From Vulcanimicrobiota bacterium (lineage in GTDB: Bacteria > Vulcanimicrobiota > Vulcanimicrobiia > Eremiobacterales > Eremiobacteraceae), in contig CAWETU010000001.1 of the NCBI GenBank assembly GCA_963812135.1, forward strand, positions 576,001 to 640,000: a stretch of DNA of 64,000 bases, in the 5' to 3' direction. Shown here in pieces: positions 47,899-56,964 of this stretch. The notes beneath the pieces are model-generated. The model made no database searches. It saw nothing but the letters and a program-made list of their open reading frames with translations, and was not told where the DNA came from. A program made the position numbers and the translations under genes. Position 1 is the first letter of the stretch. The number at the start of each line of letters is the position of its first letter.

Positions 47899-50430
47899 TT
47901 AGAGGCGTTCCATCTCCTCCGTGCGCTGGCCTATGTTCGCTGCCCCTGTGACGACATCTCCCTCATCCATCTTCATCACGCGCACGCCTTGCGCCGCCCG
48001 GCCGGTCTCCCGGATCTGGAACACCTTGGTGCGGATGACGACGCCCTTGGTCGTGATGACCATGATCTCGTCGTCGGGCTTGACGAGCAGCTGCTCGACG
48101 ATGTCGCCGTTCTTGGCGGTCTTGGAGAACGCTTTGATGCCCTTGCCGCCGCGATTGGTCTTGCGGTAATGATCGATCTTCGTGCGCTTGCCGTAGCCTT
48201 TGGCGGTGATCACCAGCACTTCACGGCGATCCTTCGAGACGACGTCCATCGCGCGCACGAGGTCGCGGGAGCCGAGGCGCACGGCGCGCACGCCGCGGCT
48301 GGCGCGGCCCATCGGGCGCACCTTCGCCTCTTCGAATCGGATCGCGAAGCCGCCGGTGGTGGCGAGCAGCAGCTCTGCCTTGCCGTTGGTCAACGCCACC
48401 GACAGCAGCTCGTCGCCGGGCATGAGGTTGATGGCGATGAGTCCGCTGCGCCGCACGTTGCCGAAATCGGACAGCGGCGTCTTCTTGATATAGCCTTTCT
48501 TGGTGACCATCACAAGGAATTCTTCGGTCTTGAGCTTGCGCACCGGCATGACCGCGGTGATGACCTCGCCAGGCGGCAGCGTGAGCAGGTTGACGAGCGC
48601 GGTGCCGCGCGCCTGGCGCGATGCGTCGGGGATCTCGTGCGCGCGCAGGCGATAGACGCGCCCGCGATTGGAGAAGAAGAGTACGTGCTGGTGCGTCGAG
48701 GCCGAGAACAAGAAGCGGACGACGTCTTCCTTTTTCAGGGCCAGACCCGAGATGCCGCGGCCGCCGCGGTTTTGCGCGCGGAACACGTCGACGTTTTGAC
48801 GTTTGATGTAGCCGCCGGTCGTCGCGGTGATGACCACCGGCTGATCCGGGATCAGATCCTCGATCGCGAACTCGCCCTCGGCTTCGACGATCTGCGTGCG
48901 GCGCTTGTCGCCGTAGCGCTTCTTGAGCGCGTTGATCTCTTCTTTGACGACCGAGTAGATGCGCCGCTGGCTGCGCAACAGCTCTTCGAGACCCGCGATC
49001 GTCTTGAGCAGCGCGACGTATTCGTCTTCGATCTTCTGGCGTTCGAGCGCGACCAGCCGCTGCAGGCGCAGGTCGAGGATCGCGTTGGCTTGTATCTCGC
49101 TCAGCTCGAATTTCTTCATCAAGCCGGCGCGCGCTTCTTCGGTGGTCTGCGACGCGCGGATCAGCTTGATGACCGCATCCAGATGCTCGAGGGCGATGCG
49201 GTAGCCTTCTAAGATATGCGCGCGTTCTTTGGCCTTGCGCAGATCGTACTGCGCGCGGCGTGTGATGACGATGCGCCGGTGCTCGACGTATTGGGTCAGC
49301 ATCTCGCGCAGGCTCAGCGTGCGCGGCTGCCCGTCGACGAGCGCGACGTTGTTCACACCGAAGCTGGTCTGCAGCGGTGTGTGTTTGTAGAGCTGATTGA
49401 GCACGAGCTGCGCGGAGGCTTCGCGCTTGAGCTCGATGACGATGCGCATGCCCTTTCGATCGCTCTCGTCGCGCAGATCCGCGATGCCCGCGGTCTTCTT
49501 CATCGCCACCATCTCGGCGATCGACTCGAGCAGGCGCGTCTTGTTGACCTGATACGGGATCTCGGTGACGATGATCGCCTGGCGGCCGCCGCGGATCTCC
49601 TCGAATTCGTGCTTGGAGCGCAGCATGATGGAGCCGCGGCCGGTGAGATAGCTTTGGCGGATGCCTTCGCGGCCGAGGATAAGCGCGCCGGTCGGGAAGT
49701 CGGGTCCGGTGACGATCTTCAGCAGCTCGTCGTCGCCGATCTCCTTGTCTTCGATGAGCGCGACAGCGGCGTCGCAGATCTCGCCGAGATTGTGCGGCGG
49801 TATATTGGTCGCCATGCCGACGGCGATGCCCGACGAGCCGTTGACGAGCAAGTTCGGCAGACGCGCCGGCAGCAGAGACGGTTCGCGCGATGACGAGTCG
49901 TAGTTGGGGACGAAGTCGACGGTCTCGCGATCGATGTCGGCGAGCATCTCGAGCGCCAAGGCGCCGAGACGAGCTTCGGTGTAACGCATCGCCGCCGGCG
50001 GGTCGCCGTCGATCGAACCGAAATTGCCGTGTCCGTTGATGAGCGGATAGCGCAAGCTGAAGTCCTGCGCCATGCGCACCATCGCGTCGTAGACCGAAAC
50101 GTCGCCGTGCGGGTGGTAGTTCTTGAGGACCTCGCCGACGGTGCCCGCGCTCTTGCGATGCGGCTTGTCGGGGTTCAGCCCGAGCTGCGACATCGCGTAC
50201 AAGATGCGCCGGTGGACCGGTTTGAGACCGTCGCGGACATCGGGAAGCGCCCGCGCCACGATGACGCTCATCGCGTAATCGAGGTAGGACGTGCGCATCT
50301 CGTCTTCGATGTTGACCGTCAGCACGCGGTCTGATGGCGTGGTGTGGCGGTATTCCTCGAAGCTCATGTCGGGGCGCGGCTTTCGCGTGCCGCCGTCTTT
50401 TTTGGCGCCGTCGTCGTCAGCTGGAGGCAA
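47899..50430 (-). CDS. gyrA: DNA gyrase subunit A (start uncertain)
   Basis: [22 protein letters not shown], GyrA box QNRGGRG. Confidence 0.97.
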   Translation of the reverse strand: MPPADDDGAKKDGGTRKPRPDMSFEEYRHTTPSDRVLTVNIEDEMRTSYLDYAMSVIVARALPDVRDGLKPVHRRILYAMSQLGLNPDKPHRKSAGTVGEVLKNYHPHGDVSVYDAMVRMAQDFSLRYPLINGHGNFGSIDGDPPAAMRYTEARLGALALEMLADIDRETVDFVPNYDSSSREPSLLPARLPNLLVNGSSGIAVGMATNIPPHNLGEICDAAVALIEDKEIGDDELLKIVTGPDFPTGALILGREGIRQSYLTGRGSIMLRSKHEFEEIRGGRQAIIVTEIPYQVNKTRLLESIAEMVAMKKTAGIADLRDESDRKGMRIVIELKREASAQLVLNQLYKHTPLQTSFGVNNVALVDGQPRTLSLREMLTQYVEHRRIVITRRAQYDLRKAKERAHILEGYRIALEHLDAVIKLIRASQTTEEARAGLMKKFELSEIQANAILDLRLQRLVALERQKIEDEYVALLKTIAGLEELLRSQRRIYSVVKEEINALKKRYGDKRRTQIVEAEGEFAIEDLIPDQPVVITATTGGYIKRQNVDVFRAQNRGGRGISGLALKKEDVVRFLFSASTHQHVLFFSNRGRVYRLRAHEIPDASRQARGTALVNLLTLPPGEVITAVMPVRKLKTEEFLVMVTKKGYIKKTPLSDFGNVRRSGLIAINLMPGDELLSVALTNGKAELLLATTGGFAIRFEEAKVRPMGRASRGVRAVRLGSRDLVRAMDVVSKDRREVLVITAKGYGKRTKIDHYRKTNRGGKGIKAFSKTAKNGDIVEQLLVKPDDEIMVITTKGVVIRTKVFQIRETGRAAQGVRVMKMDEGDVVTGAANIGQRTEEMERL

Positions 50431-50552
50431 GGATAAAGTGGCCCTTTTCTAAGTGAAATCCCGGCGTTTTTGGGCCGGGGCGTGCAACACGACAATGTTC
50501 GATTTGCGCCGCTTGCACTCCCGCCCAAAGGCGCGCACGAGCGCACCGTGAA

Positions 50553-51038
50553 ATGGAGCGCGGCTTGGGACATATCGATTTTTCACTCGCGGACGCGGCC
50601 GCGACAAGAGCGCTGGGAGCTCGGCTCGCCGCTGTCTGCCCGCCCGGCTCGCTGGTCTTGCTGCGCGGGCCGCTCGGGGCCGGCAAGACCACCCTCGTGG
50701 AAGGCGTGGTCGAAGCCCTCGGCGCCGGACACGCCGCGAGTCCTACTTTTGTCTTGGTCCATGCGTACCTCGGCGGCAGCATGCCGGTCTCGCACGTCGA
50801 TCTGTATCGGCTCGAGGATCCGCGCGACGTTGAAGATCTCGACATCGGGCAATACGTGCGCGCGGACGGCATCACATTGGTGGAATGGCCGGAACGGGCC
50901 GCGGACGCCTGGGCTGCCGACCGCATCGAGATCGACATCGCGCTCGACGGCGACGGGCGGCGGGCACACGTCGAAGGCTTCGGCTCGCTCGCAGACGTCG
51001 TCGCGCAGCTGGCGCTCGGCCGCGAAGTGCGCGGATGA
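50553..51038 (+). CDS. tsaE: tRNA t6A biosynthesis ATPase
   Basis: GPLGAGKT, SPTF, H.DLYRL, EW. Confidence 0.95.
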   Translation: MERGLGHIDFSLADAAATRALGARLAAVCPPGSLVLLRGPLGAGKTTLVEGVVEALGAGHAASPTFVLVHAYLGGSMPVSHVDLYRLEDPRDVEDLDIGQYVRADGITLVEWPERAADAWAADRIEIDIALDGDGRRAHVEGFGSLADVVAQLALGREVRG

Positions 51039-51715
51039 TCGTGCTCGGCATCACGACCTCGGGACCCGTCGAGGCGAGCATCGTCGGCGGCGAACGCGAG
51101 GTGGCCGTCGCGAGCACGGGTCAAGCGCTGTCGTCACTACTCGATTGCGTGACGAGCGCGCTGGCGCAATCCGAGCACGCATTGTCCGAGGTCGGCGCGA
51201 TCGCGGTCTGCACCGGCCCCGGATCGTTCACGGGTCTGCGCATCGGCGTCGCCTTCGCGAAGGGAGTCGCGCAAGCGCGCGACTTGCCGTGCATCGGCGT
51301 ATCGGCATACGACGTCGCCGAGGCCGGCAGCCGCGCATTGTTCCCGCGTGCGGCGATCGTGATCGGCAAACAAGGGTACTATTACGCGCGGCTGTGCGCC
51401 GCGGCCGATGCCCCGGCGACCTTCGTCCACGGCGATGCGGCCGCGATCGCGCGCGCGGTGACGCAGCTGGCGTCGACCTGCGGCCGGCCGGTGATGCTTC
51501 ACGGCGAAACCCGCGTGCTGGCCACCGGCAGAGACGCGATCGCCGCGGGCAGCTTCGCGTCGCGCCGGCCTGGCGACCGGGCGTCGTCCGTCGCGCAGCT
51601 GGGGGCCGCGCGTCTGCGTGCGGGCGAAGATGCCGACTGGCGGCGCATCGCGATCGACTACGGTCAGCGTCCCAACGCAGTGACGAATTGGGAGGCCAGG
51701 CGCAGCCGGACGTGA
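51035..51715 (+). CDS. tsaB: tRNA t6A biosynthesis protein TsaB
   Basis: GPGSFTGLRIG..AKG. Confidence 0.92.
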   Translation: MIVLGITTSGPVEASIVGGEREVAVASTGQALSSLLDCVTSALAQSEHALSEVGAIAVCTGPGSFTGLRIGVAFAKGVAQARDLPCIGVSAYDVAEAGSRALFPRAAIVIGKQGYYYARLCAAADAPATFVHGDAAAIARAVTQLASTCGRPVMLHGETRVLATGRDAIAAGSFASRRPGDRASSVAQLGAARLRAGEDADWRRIAIDYGQRPNAVTNWEARRSRT

Positions 51716-51766
51716 CCTGCGCCTAAGAATGGTGCCGCGTCGGCCAGCGCGAACCACGCCCCTGGA

Positions 51767-52279
51767 ATGAAGTCGCTGTCCAGAACCCTCGAAATCGCAC
51801 CGATGAGCGTGGACGACATCGGCGATGTTTTGCGGGTCGAGGCGCAGTGCTTTTCGACGACATGGCCGCGCAACGCGTTCCTCAACGAGCTGACGGAGAA
51901 CAGGCTGGCCCACTATTTCGTCGGCCGCGCCGAAGAAGCGACCATCGCATACGGCGGCCTGTGGGTGATCCTCGAAGACGCGCACATCACGACCGTCGCC
52001 GTCGATCCGGCGTATCAAGGCAAGGGCTACGGCGAGCGCATGCTTGTCTGGCTGCTCGACGAGGCCATCAACCGCGGCGCGTCGTGGATCACGCTCGAAG
52101 TCCGCGAGTCGAATCAGACGGCGCAGAACCTCTATAAGAAGTACGGCTTCACGGTGGTCAACACGCGGCGCGGCTATTATTCCGATAACGACGAGAACGC
52201 GCTCGTGATGTGGGCGGGCAATCTGAAGGGCACGATCTACCGCAACAGGCTGGCCTCGCTGAAAGAGAGCTTGCGCTGA
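51767..52279 (+). CDS. rimI: Ribosomal-protein-alanine N-acetyltransferase
   Basis: AHITT.AV.P, TLEVRESN..AQ.LY, R.GYY.DN.E.A..M. Confidence 0.95.
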   Translation: MKSLSRTLEIAPMSVDDIGDVLRVEAQCFSTTWPRNAFLNELTENRLAHYFVGRAEEATIAYGGLWVILEDAHITTVAVDPAYQGKGYGERMLVWLLDEAINRGASWITLEVRESNQTAQNLYKKYGFTVVNTRRGYYSDNDENALVMWAGNLKGTIYRNRLASLKESLR

Positions 52280-52287
52280 CGGCCGAC

Positions 52288-52905
52288 GTGCACCCGCGCA
52301 CCGCCGCCGTTCCCAATGGCTCCGGCATCCGATTCGTGCACTTGATTCGCGCGGTGCGCGCACGTTTGACGCGCGCCCGCTATCGGCACGTGTTAGGGGT
52401 CGCACGGATGGCGGAGAAGCTCGCGCGGCGCTACGGGATCTCGCGCGCTGCAGCGCGCATGGCGGCGATCTTACACGATATCGCGCGGCAATGGACGCCC
52501 GACGAATTGGTCGCCTATGCCGCGCAGCACCGCATCCTCGCGAACGAGAGCGAACGCGCGGCGCCGATCCTGCTGCACGCGAAAGTCGCCGCGGATATCG
52601 CGCGGCGCGAGTTCGGCGTGACCGACGATGACGTGCTCGCCGCGATCGAGACGCATACTGTCGCCGTGCCCGGCATGTCCGATCTGCAAAAGATCATCTT
52701 CCTGGCCGACACGTTCGAGCCGTCACGGACGTTCCCGGCGCGCGCGGCGCTCGAGGCCGCAGCGCTGCGCTCGCTCGATGAAGGCATGCTCGCCTGCGTC
52801 AAGGCGTCTCTTGAATACCTGATGTCGCGCGACGTTCCGATCGCGCCGCAAACGCTGGAGGTCTACAACACTTTGGTACGAGGCAACAATGGCCCGACGT
52901 CCTAA
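52288..52905 (+). CDS. yqeK: HD-domain Ap4A hydrolase YqeK (start uncertain)
   Basis: RY.H.LGV, LHDIA, LLH, I.FLAD..EP.R. Confidence 0.88.
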   Translation: MHPRTAAVPNGSGIRFVHLIRAVRARLTRARYRHVLGVARMAEKLARRYGISRAAARMAAILHDIARQWTPDELVAYAAQHRILANESERAAPILLHAKVAADIARREFGVTDDDVLAAIETHTVAVPGMSDLQKIIFLADTFEPSRTFPARAALEAAALRSLDEGMLACVKASLEYLMSRDVPIAPQTLEVYNTLVRGNNGPTS

Positions 52906-53419
52906 GCGCGCGAAACGCTCCGGCGGAGCGGTGAGAAAAGGCAAACCGGTGGCGCGTCCGGCTCGGGCGGCAAGCGCGTCAACTTCGCGCGCGGCGCTGA
53001 CCGCCGCGTCGCTTGCTCCCAAACGCAACGGCATCGCAAGCACGCGTAACACGATCGGCACGCTCGACGACGCGGCGGTGCTCACGCTCGCGCGCCAGTG
53101 CCGCGACGCCGCGCTCGGCAAGAAGGCCGAAGACGTCGTCATGCTCGACATCCGCAAGCTCGCCAATTTCGCCGACTTCTTCGTGCTGGCCACCGGCCGC
53201 TCGCTCATCCAAGCGCGCGCCGTCGCCGACGCGGTCGTCGAAGCGTGCGAGGACGCGTTCGGCTCGCCCATCCGTACCGAAGGGTACAGCGAAGGCGGCT
53301 GGATCCTGGTGGATTACGGACCGGTGATCGTGCACGTGTTCTTGCCGCAGACGCGCGAGTTCTACAACTTGGAACGGCTCTGGGGCAAACCCACGGCGGC
53401 GGCGAAGCGCACGCCATGA
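52889..53419 (+). CDS. rsfS: Ribosome silencing factor with basic N-terminal extension
   Basis: KKAEDV..LD, W.LVDYG..IVH.F, REFYNLERLW. Confidence 0.93.
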   Translation: MARRPKRAKRSGGAVRKGKPVARPARAASASTSRAALTAASLAPKRNGIASTRNTIGTLDDAAVLTLARQCRDAALGKKAEDVVMLDIRKLANFADFFVLATGRSLIQARAVADAVVEACEDAFGSPIRTEGYSEGGWILVDYGPVIVHVFLPQTREFYNLERLWGKPTAAAKRTP

Positions 53420-53550
53420 TGTTCGGTAAGATGAAGAAAAAGACGCGCGAAAAGATCTATCGCGCGTTCACGTTCGGGTTCTTGCTCATCTTTTTGCTCT
53501 CCGTCGTGGCGGCGCTGCTCATCACGGGTCTGCAGGCACCTTCACACTGA
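53416..53550 (+). CDS. 44-aa single-TM protein
   Basis: ATGA overlap with rsfS; Lys-rich N-terminus plus a hydrophobic helix. Confidence 0.6.
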   Translation: MMFGKMKKKTREKIYRAFTFGFLLIFLLSVVAALLITGLQAPSH

Positions 53551-53552
53551 TC

Positions 53553-54209
53553 GTGATGGCCGTTCGTACGCGTTCATTCGCATTTTTTGTCGCCGTCGCG
53601 CTCTTCGCGGCTGCCGCGCTGTGCTCTCTCCCGGCACTTGCGGCGGCATCGAAATATGTCGACGATGGCGCAGCGATGTTCGGCGCTGATGCGATCGCGC
53701 GCGTCACCGCGATCGACGATTCGCTCCAACGCCGCACCGGCAAGACGGTCACGGTCGTGACGGTGAAGACGACCAACGGCGTGCCGGTCCAAGAAGCGGC
53801 CGCAAACGAAGCAAAGGCGCGCCACCTGAACGGCGCGATCATCTATGCCGCCCGCGACGACCGGCAATTCGCCGTCGCCTACGCCGCGAAGACGAGCCAG
53901 CTTCTCTCACCCGCGCTGCAGACCTCGATCAAACAAGCGCTGAGCGCCGCGTTTCGCGCGGGTGACTACGACGGCGGATTGGTGACCGCGGTGAGCGCGA
54001 TCGCCGACGTGATCGAAGGCGGCGCGTCGGGCGGGCATGGACCCGCACCTCAATCGGTCAATGCGGCGCAGCAGCGCTGGAACTCCACTGGGTACGACAT
54101 CAGCTGGATCTGGTGGGTGGTCGGGGGTATCGTGGTGATTTTGATCGTGCGCGCCTTGATCGTGCGACGCCCTCCATCGACAGCCAAAGGCGCCGGAGGG
54201 GGCCGGTAG
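53553..54209 (+). CDS. TPM domain protein
   Basis: YVDD.A.MF, V.VVTV.T, FRAGDYDGGL; C-terminal TM helix. Confidence 0.85.
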   Translation: MMAVRTRSFAFFVAVALFAAAALCSLPALAAASKYVDDGAAMFGADAIARVTAIDDSLQRRTGKTVTVVTVKTTNGVPVQEAAANEAKARHLNGAIIYAARDDRQFAVAYAAKTSQLLSPALQTSIKQALSAAFRAGDYDGGLVTAVSAIADVIEGGASGGHGPAPQSVNAAQQRWNSTGYDISWIWWVVGGIVVILIVRALIVRRPPSTAKGAGGGR

Positions 54210-54337
54210 TGCTGTCTTTTGCCATCATCGCGCTAGCGCTGCTCCTCTTCATCGCGGTGGCACTCGCCATCGGCTCGGTCTTCGTCGAGCGGCCCGACGT
54301 ACCTGACGCCGAGGAGCCTCAGCCCGGCCCAGAGTGA
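54209..54337 (+). CDS. 42-aa single-TM protein
   Basis: GTG overlapping the upstream stop; hydrophobic helix plus acidic tail. Confidence 0.45.
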   Translation: MLSFAIIALALLLFIAVALAIGSVFVERPDVPDAEEPQPGPE

Positions 54338-54373
54338 AGTGAACCGGCCGCCCCTCGGCGGCATACCTTGTGC

Positions 54374-54697
54374 ATGATACAGATAAGCTTTCTCCTGGCC
54401 GCAGCGCTGAGCGCAGCGCTTGCTTCCGGCACCCCCGCCGACACGCACGTCACCATCGAGAACTATGCGTTCAAAGCGCCGACCGTGACGATCGCCGCCG
54501 GCAGCGCGGTGATCTGGAAGAACACCGACGACGATCCGCACACCGTCACCGCGGATGACGGATCGTTCGACTCCAAAGGCATGGCGCAGGGCGACACGTT
54601 CAAGCACGTGTTCACCAAGCCCGGTACCTACCCGTATCATTGCTCGGCGCATCCGTATATGAAGGGCGTCGTCATCGTCCAAGGGGCGCAAACATGA
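54374..54697 (+). CDS. Cupredoxin (amicyanin/plastocyanin-like)
   Basis: N.D..PHTV, YHCSAHPYM.G. Confidence 0.92.
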   Translation: MIQISFLLAAALSAALASGTPADTHVTIENYAFKAPTVTIAAGSAVIWKNTDDDPHTVTADDGSFDSKGMAQGDTFKHVFTKPGTYPYHCSAHPYMKGVVIVQGAQT

Positions 54698-55617
54698 GCA
54701 AGAAGGTAGACCGCAGCGAGTTCCTCGAGTGCATGGCGTGGTGCGGCACCGGCGTCGTCTACGGACTGACCGGTGCCGGGCTGATAGGGAAGCCATTTGG
54801 CGCGTTCGATATCGCCTCGGCGGCCGACATCCCGGGAGCGACCGCCACCTTCGTGCAGATCAGCGACACGCACATCGGCTTTCACGGCGAAGCGAACGGC
54901 AATGTGATCGGCACGTTCCAATCGGCGATCGACAAGATCAACGCGTTGCCCCGCCGACCGGACTTCGTGATGCACACGGGCGACCTGAGCCACGTCTCAA
55001 AGCCGGAGGAGTTCGACACGGTCAAGCAGATGCTCGGCACGATCAAGACCGGTTCGGTCTTCACGGTGCCTGGCGAGCATGACGTGATCAACGATCAGGG
55101 CAAGATGTATTTCTCGATGTTCCAAGCCGGTACGCCGACGCCGTGGTACAGCTTCGACATGGCCGGCGTGCACGCGCTCGCACTGACCAACGTGCTGAAC
55201 ATCACGGCCGGCGGCATCCTCGGGCGCGATCAGCTCGACTGGGCCAAACACGATCTCGCGCTGCAAAAACCGTCGACGCCGATCGTGGTCTTCGCCCACA
55301 TCCCGCTTGCCGCTGTGTATCCCGAATGGGGTTGGACGACGGATGACTACGCCGAACTGCTCACGCTGCTGCAGCCGTTCGAATCGGTGACGGTGCTCAA
55401 CGGCCACATCCATCAGGTCTTCCAGAAGAACGATGGGAAGGTGCAGTTCTACACCGCGGCGTCGACCGCGTTCCCGCAGCCCAAGCCCGGCAGCCGTCCC
55501 AAACCGGGTCCACTGACCGTGCCCGCGGGCGAGTTGGCCAACTATCTTGGGATTCGAACCATTACGGTGCACGAAGGGGACGGCCAGATCGCCATCGCGG
55601 ACGCATCGCTCACCTAA
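54694..55617 (+). CDS. Metallophosphoesterase (Icc/CpdA-like)
   Basis: SDTH, TGD, PGEHD, H.PL, NGHIH. Confidence 0.9.
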   Translation: MSKKVDRSEFLECMAWCGTGVVYGLTGAGLIGKPFGAFDIASAADIPGATATFVQISDTHIGFHGEANGNVIGTFQSAIDKINALPRRPDFVMHTGDLSHVSKPEEFDTVKQMLGTIKTGSVFTVPGEHDVINDQGKMYFSMFQAGTPTPWYSFDMAGVHALALTNVLNITAGGILGRDQLDWAKHDLALQKPSTPIVVFAHIPLAAVYPEWGWTTDDYAELLTLLQPFESVTVLNGHIHQVFQKNDGKVQFYTAASTAFPQPKPGSRPKPGPLTVPAGELANYLGIRTITVHEGDGQIAIADASLT

Positions 55618-55675
55618 ACCACTAGCGCGCGGGGCCGCGCCGCGGCCGATTCGGACGATTTTGCCGATATATCAG

Positions 55676-56932
55676 ATGATGGCGTCGTCTGAAGCGGTCG
55701 CGGTTCGCTCGTCGGCAGCGGGATCACCCCACATCGCGTTCATGGACGGCATGCGCGGCATCGCCGTGCTCATGGTGCTGCTCTACCACCTCAAGGAAGC
55801 GCTCAGGTCCGACATCCACCTCGGATCAGGCCCATTCAACGTCGGCATCAACACGTTCGCCGGCGCCGGCTTCATGGGCGTCGAGGTGTTTTTCTTCATC
55901 AGCGGCTTCGTCTTGTTCTATCCATATGCGCGCACGCTGTTCGAGGGCAAACCGTTGCAGACGGTGGCGCATTTCGCCGATCGGCGCGCGCTCAAGATCC
56001 TGCCGAGCTATCTGTTCTCGCTGACGTTCATGACATTGTTCCTCTTAGTGATACTGCCGCGGCCACTCGATCTCGTGGCTGTCATGGCGCTCGTGAAAAA
56101 CTACGGCGTGCACCTGATCTTCGCGCACTCGGTTTCCAAAGCGACGTTTTTCGCGATCAACGGGCCGCTGTGGTCGCTAGCGGTCGAGATACAGTTCTAT
56201 CTGATCTTCCCGATCGTCGCGTGGGCGTTCCGGCGCTGGGCACTTGCCACACCGCTCGTGCTCATCGCGCTCGCACAAGCCTATCGCTGGCATCTCGAAA
56301 TGCACGGCGGCGCGAGCAACTCCTTCTACGTCTATCAGCTGCCCGGGTTTCTCGATCTCTTCGCCTTCGGCATGGTCAGCTCGTACCTGACGGTGATGTT
56401 CCGTGCGCGCTTCCCGCAACTCGCCCGCTGGTGGCCCGTGTTCACCATCATCTCGCTGCTCGCCGCAGCCGGCTTGAACGCGATGTTCGCAAGTCTGGTC
56501 CAGTCGGGCGGCGGACCAGCCGCATGGCATTGGCAGAACACATTCCGTCCGATCTTCGGCGTGCTGCTCGCCGTCTTCGCGACCGCCGGCATGCTCGCCG
56601 CACCGTTGTGGCAGAAGATCATCGCCAATCGCGTCTTCGTCTATCTTGCGTTCATCTCGTACAATCTCTACTTATGGAACAAGTTCGTGATCCTGTGGGT
56701 GGCGGTGCACTGGCTGCCGTTCTTCCGCAATTGGCCGCACTCGACGCTCATCGCGAATCTCTTGCCGTTCGTGTGCGCGCTGCTCATCGGCATCGCCGCG
56801 ACTTATCTGATCGAGCGCCCGTTCTTGGACCATGGATGGGCGGTCTTGGGGTGGCGCGTGCCGCGCAAGGTAGAGCTCAAGGCGCCCTCGACCGCGACAA
56901 GTCCGGACCGTCCTGCTGCGGAAAGGCTCTAG
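55676..56932 (+). CDS. Acyltransferase 3 family membrane protein
   Basis: DGMRGIAV..V..YH, FFFISGF, WSLAVEIQFY, ISY.LYLW, IERP. Confidence 0.92.
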   Translation: MMASSEAVAVRSSAAGSPHIAFMDGMRGIAVLMVLLYHLKEALRSDIHLGSGPFNVGINTFAGAGFMGVEVFFFISGFVLFYPYARTLFEGKPLQTVAHFADRRALKILPSYLFSLTFMTLFLLVILPRPLDLVAVMALVKNYGVHLIFAHSVSKATFFAINGPLWSLAVEIQFYLIFPIVAWAFRRWALATPLVLIALAQAYRWHLEMHGGASNSFYVYQLPGFLDLFAFGMVSSYLTVMFRARFPQLARWWPVFTIISLLAAAGLNAMFASLVQSGGGPAAWHWQNTFRPIFGVLLAVFATAGMLAAPLWQKIIANRVFVYLAFISYNLYLWNKFVILWVAVHWLPFFRNWPHSTLIANLLPFVCALLIGIAATYLIERPFLDHGWAVLGWRVPRKVELKAPSTATSPDRPAAERL

Positions 56933-56964
56933 GTCCCCGCGAGTACGCAGCCGAACTGAGCGAA

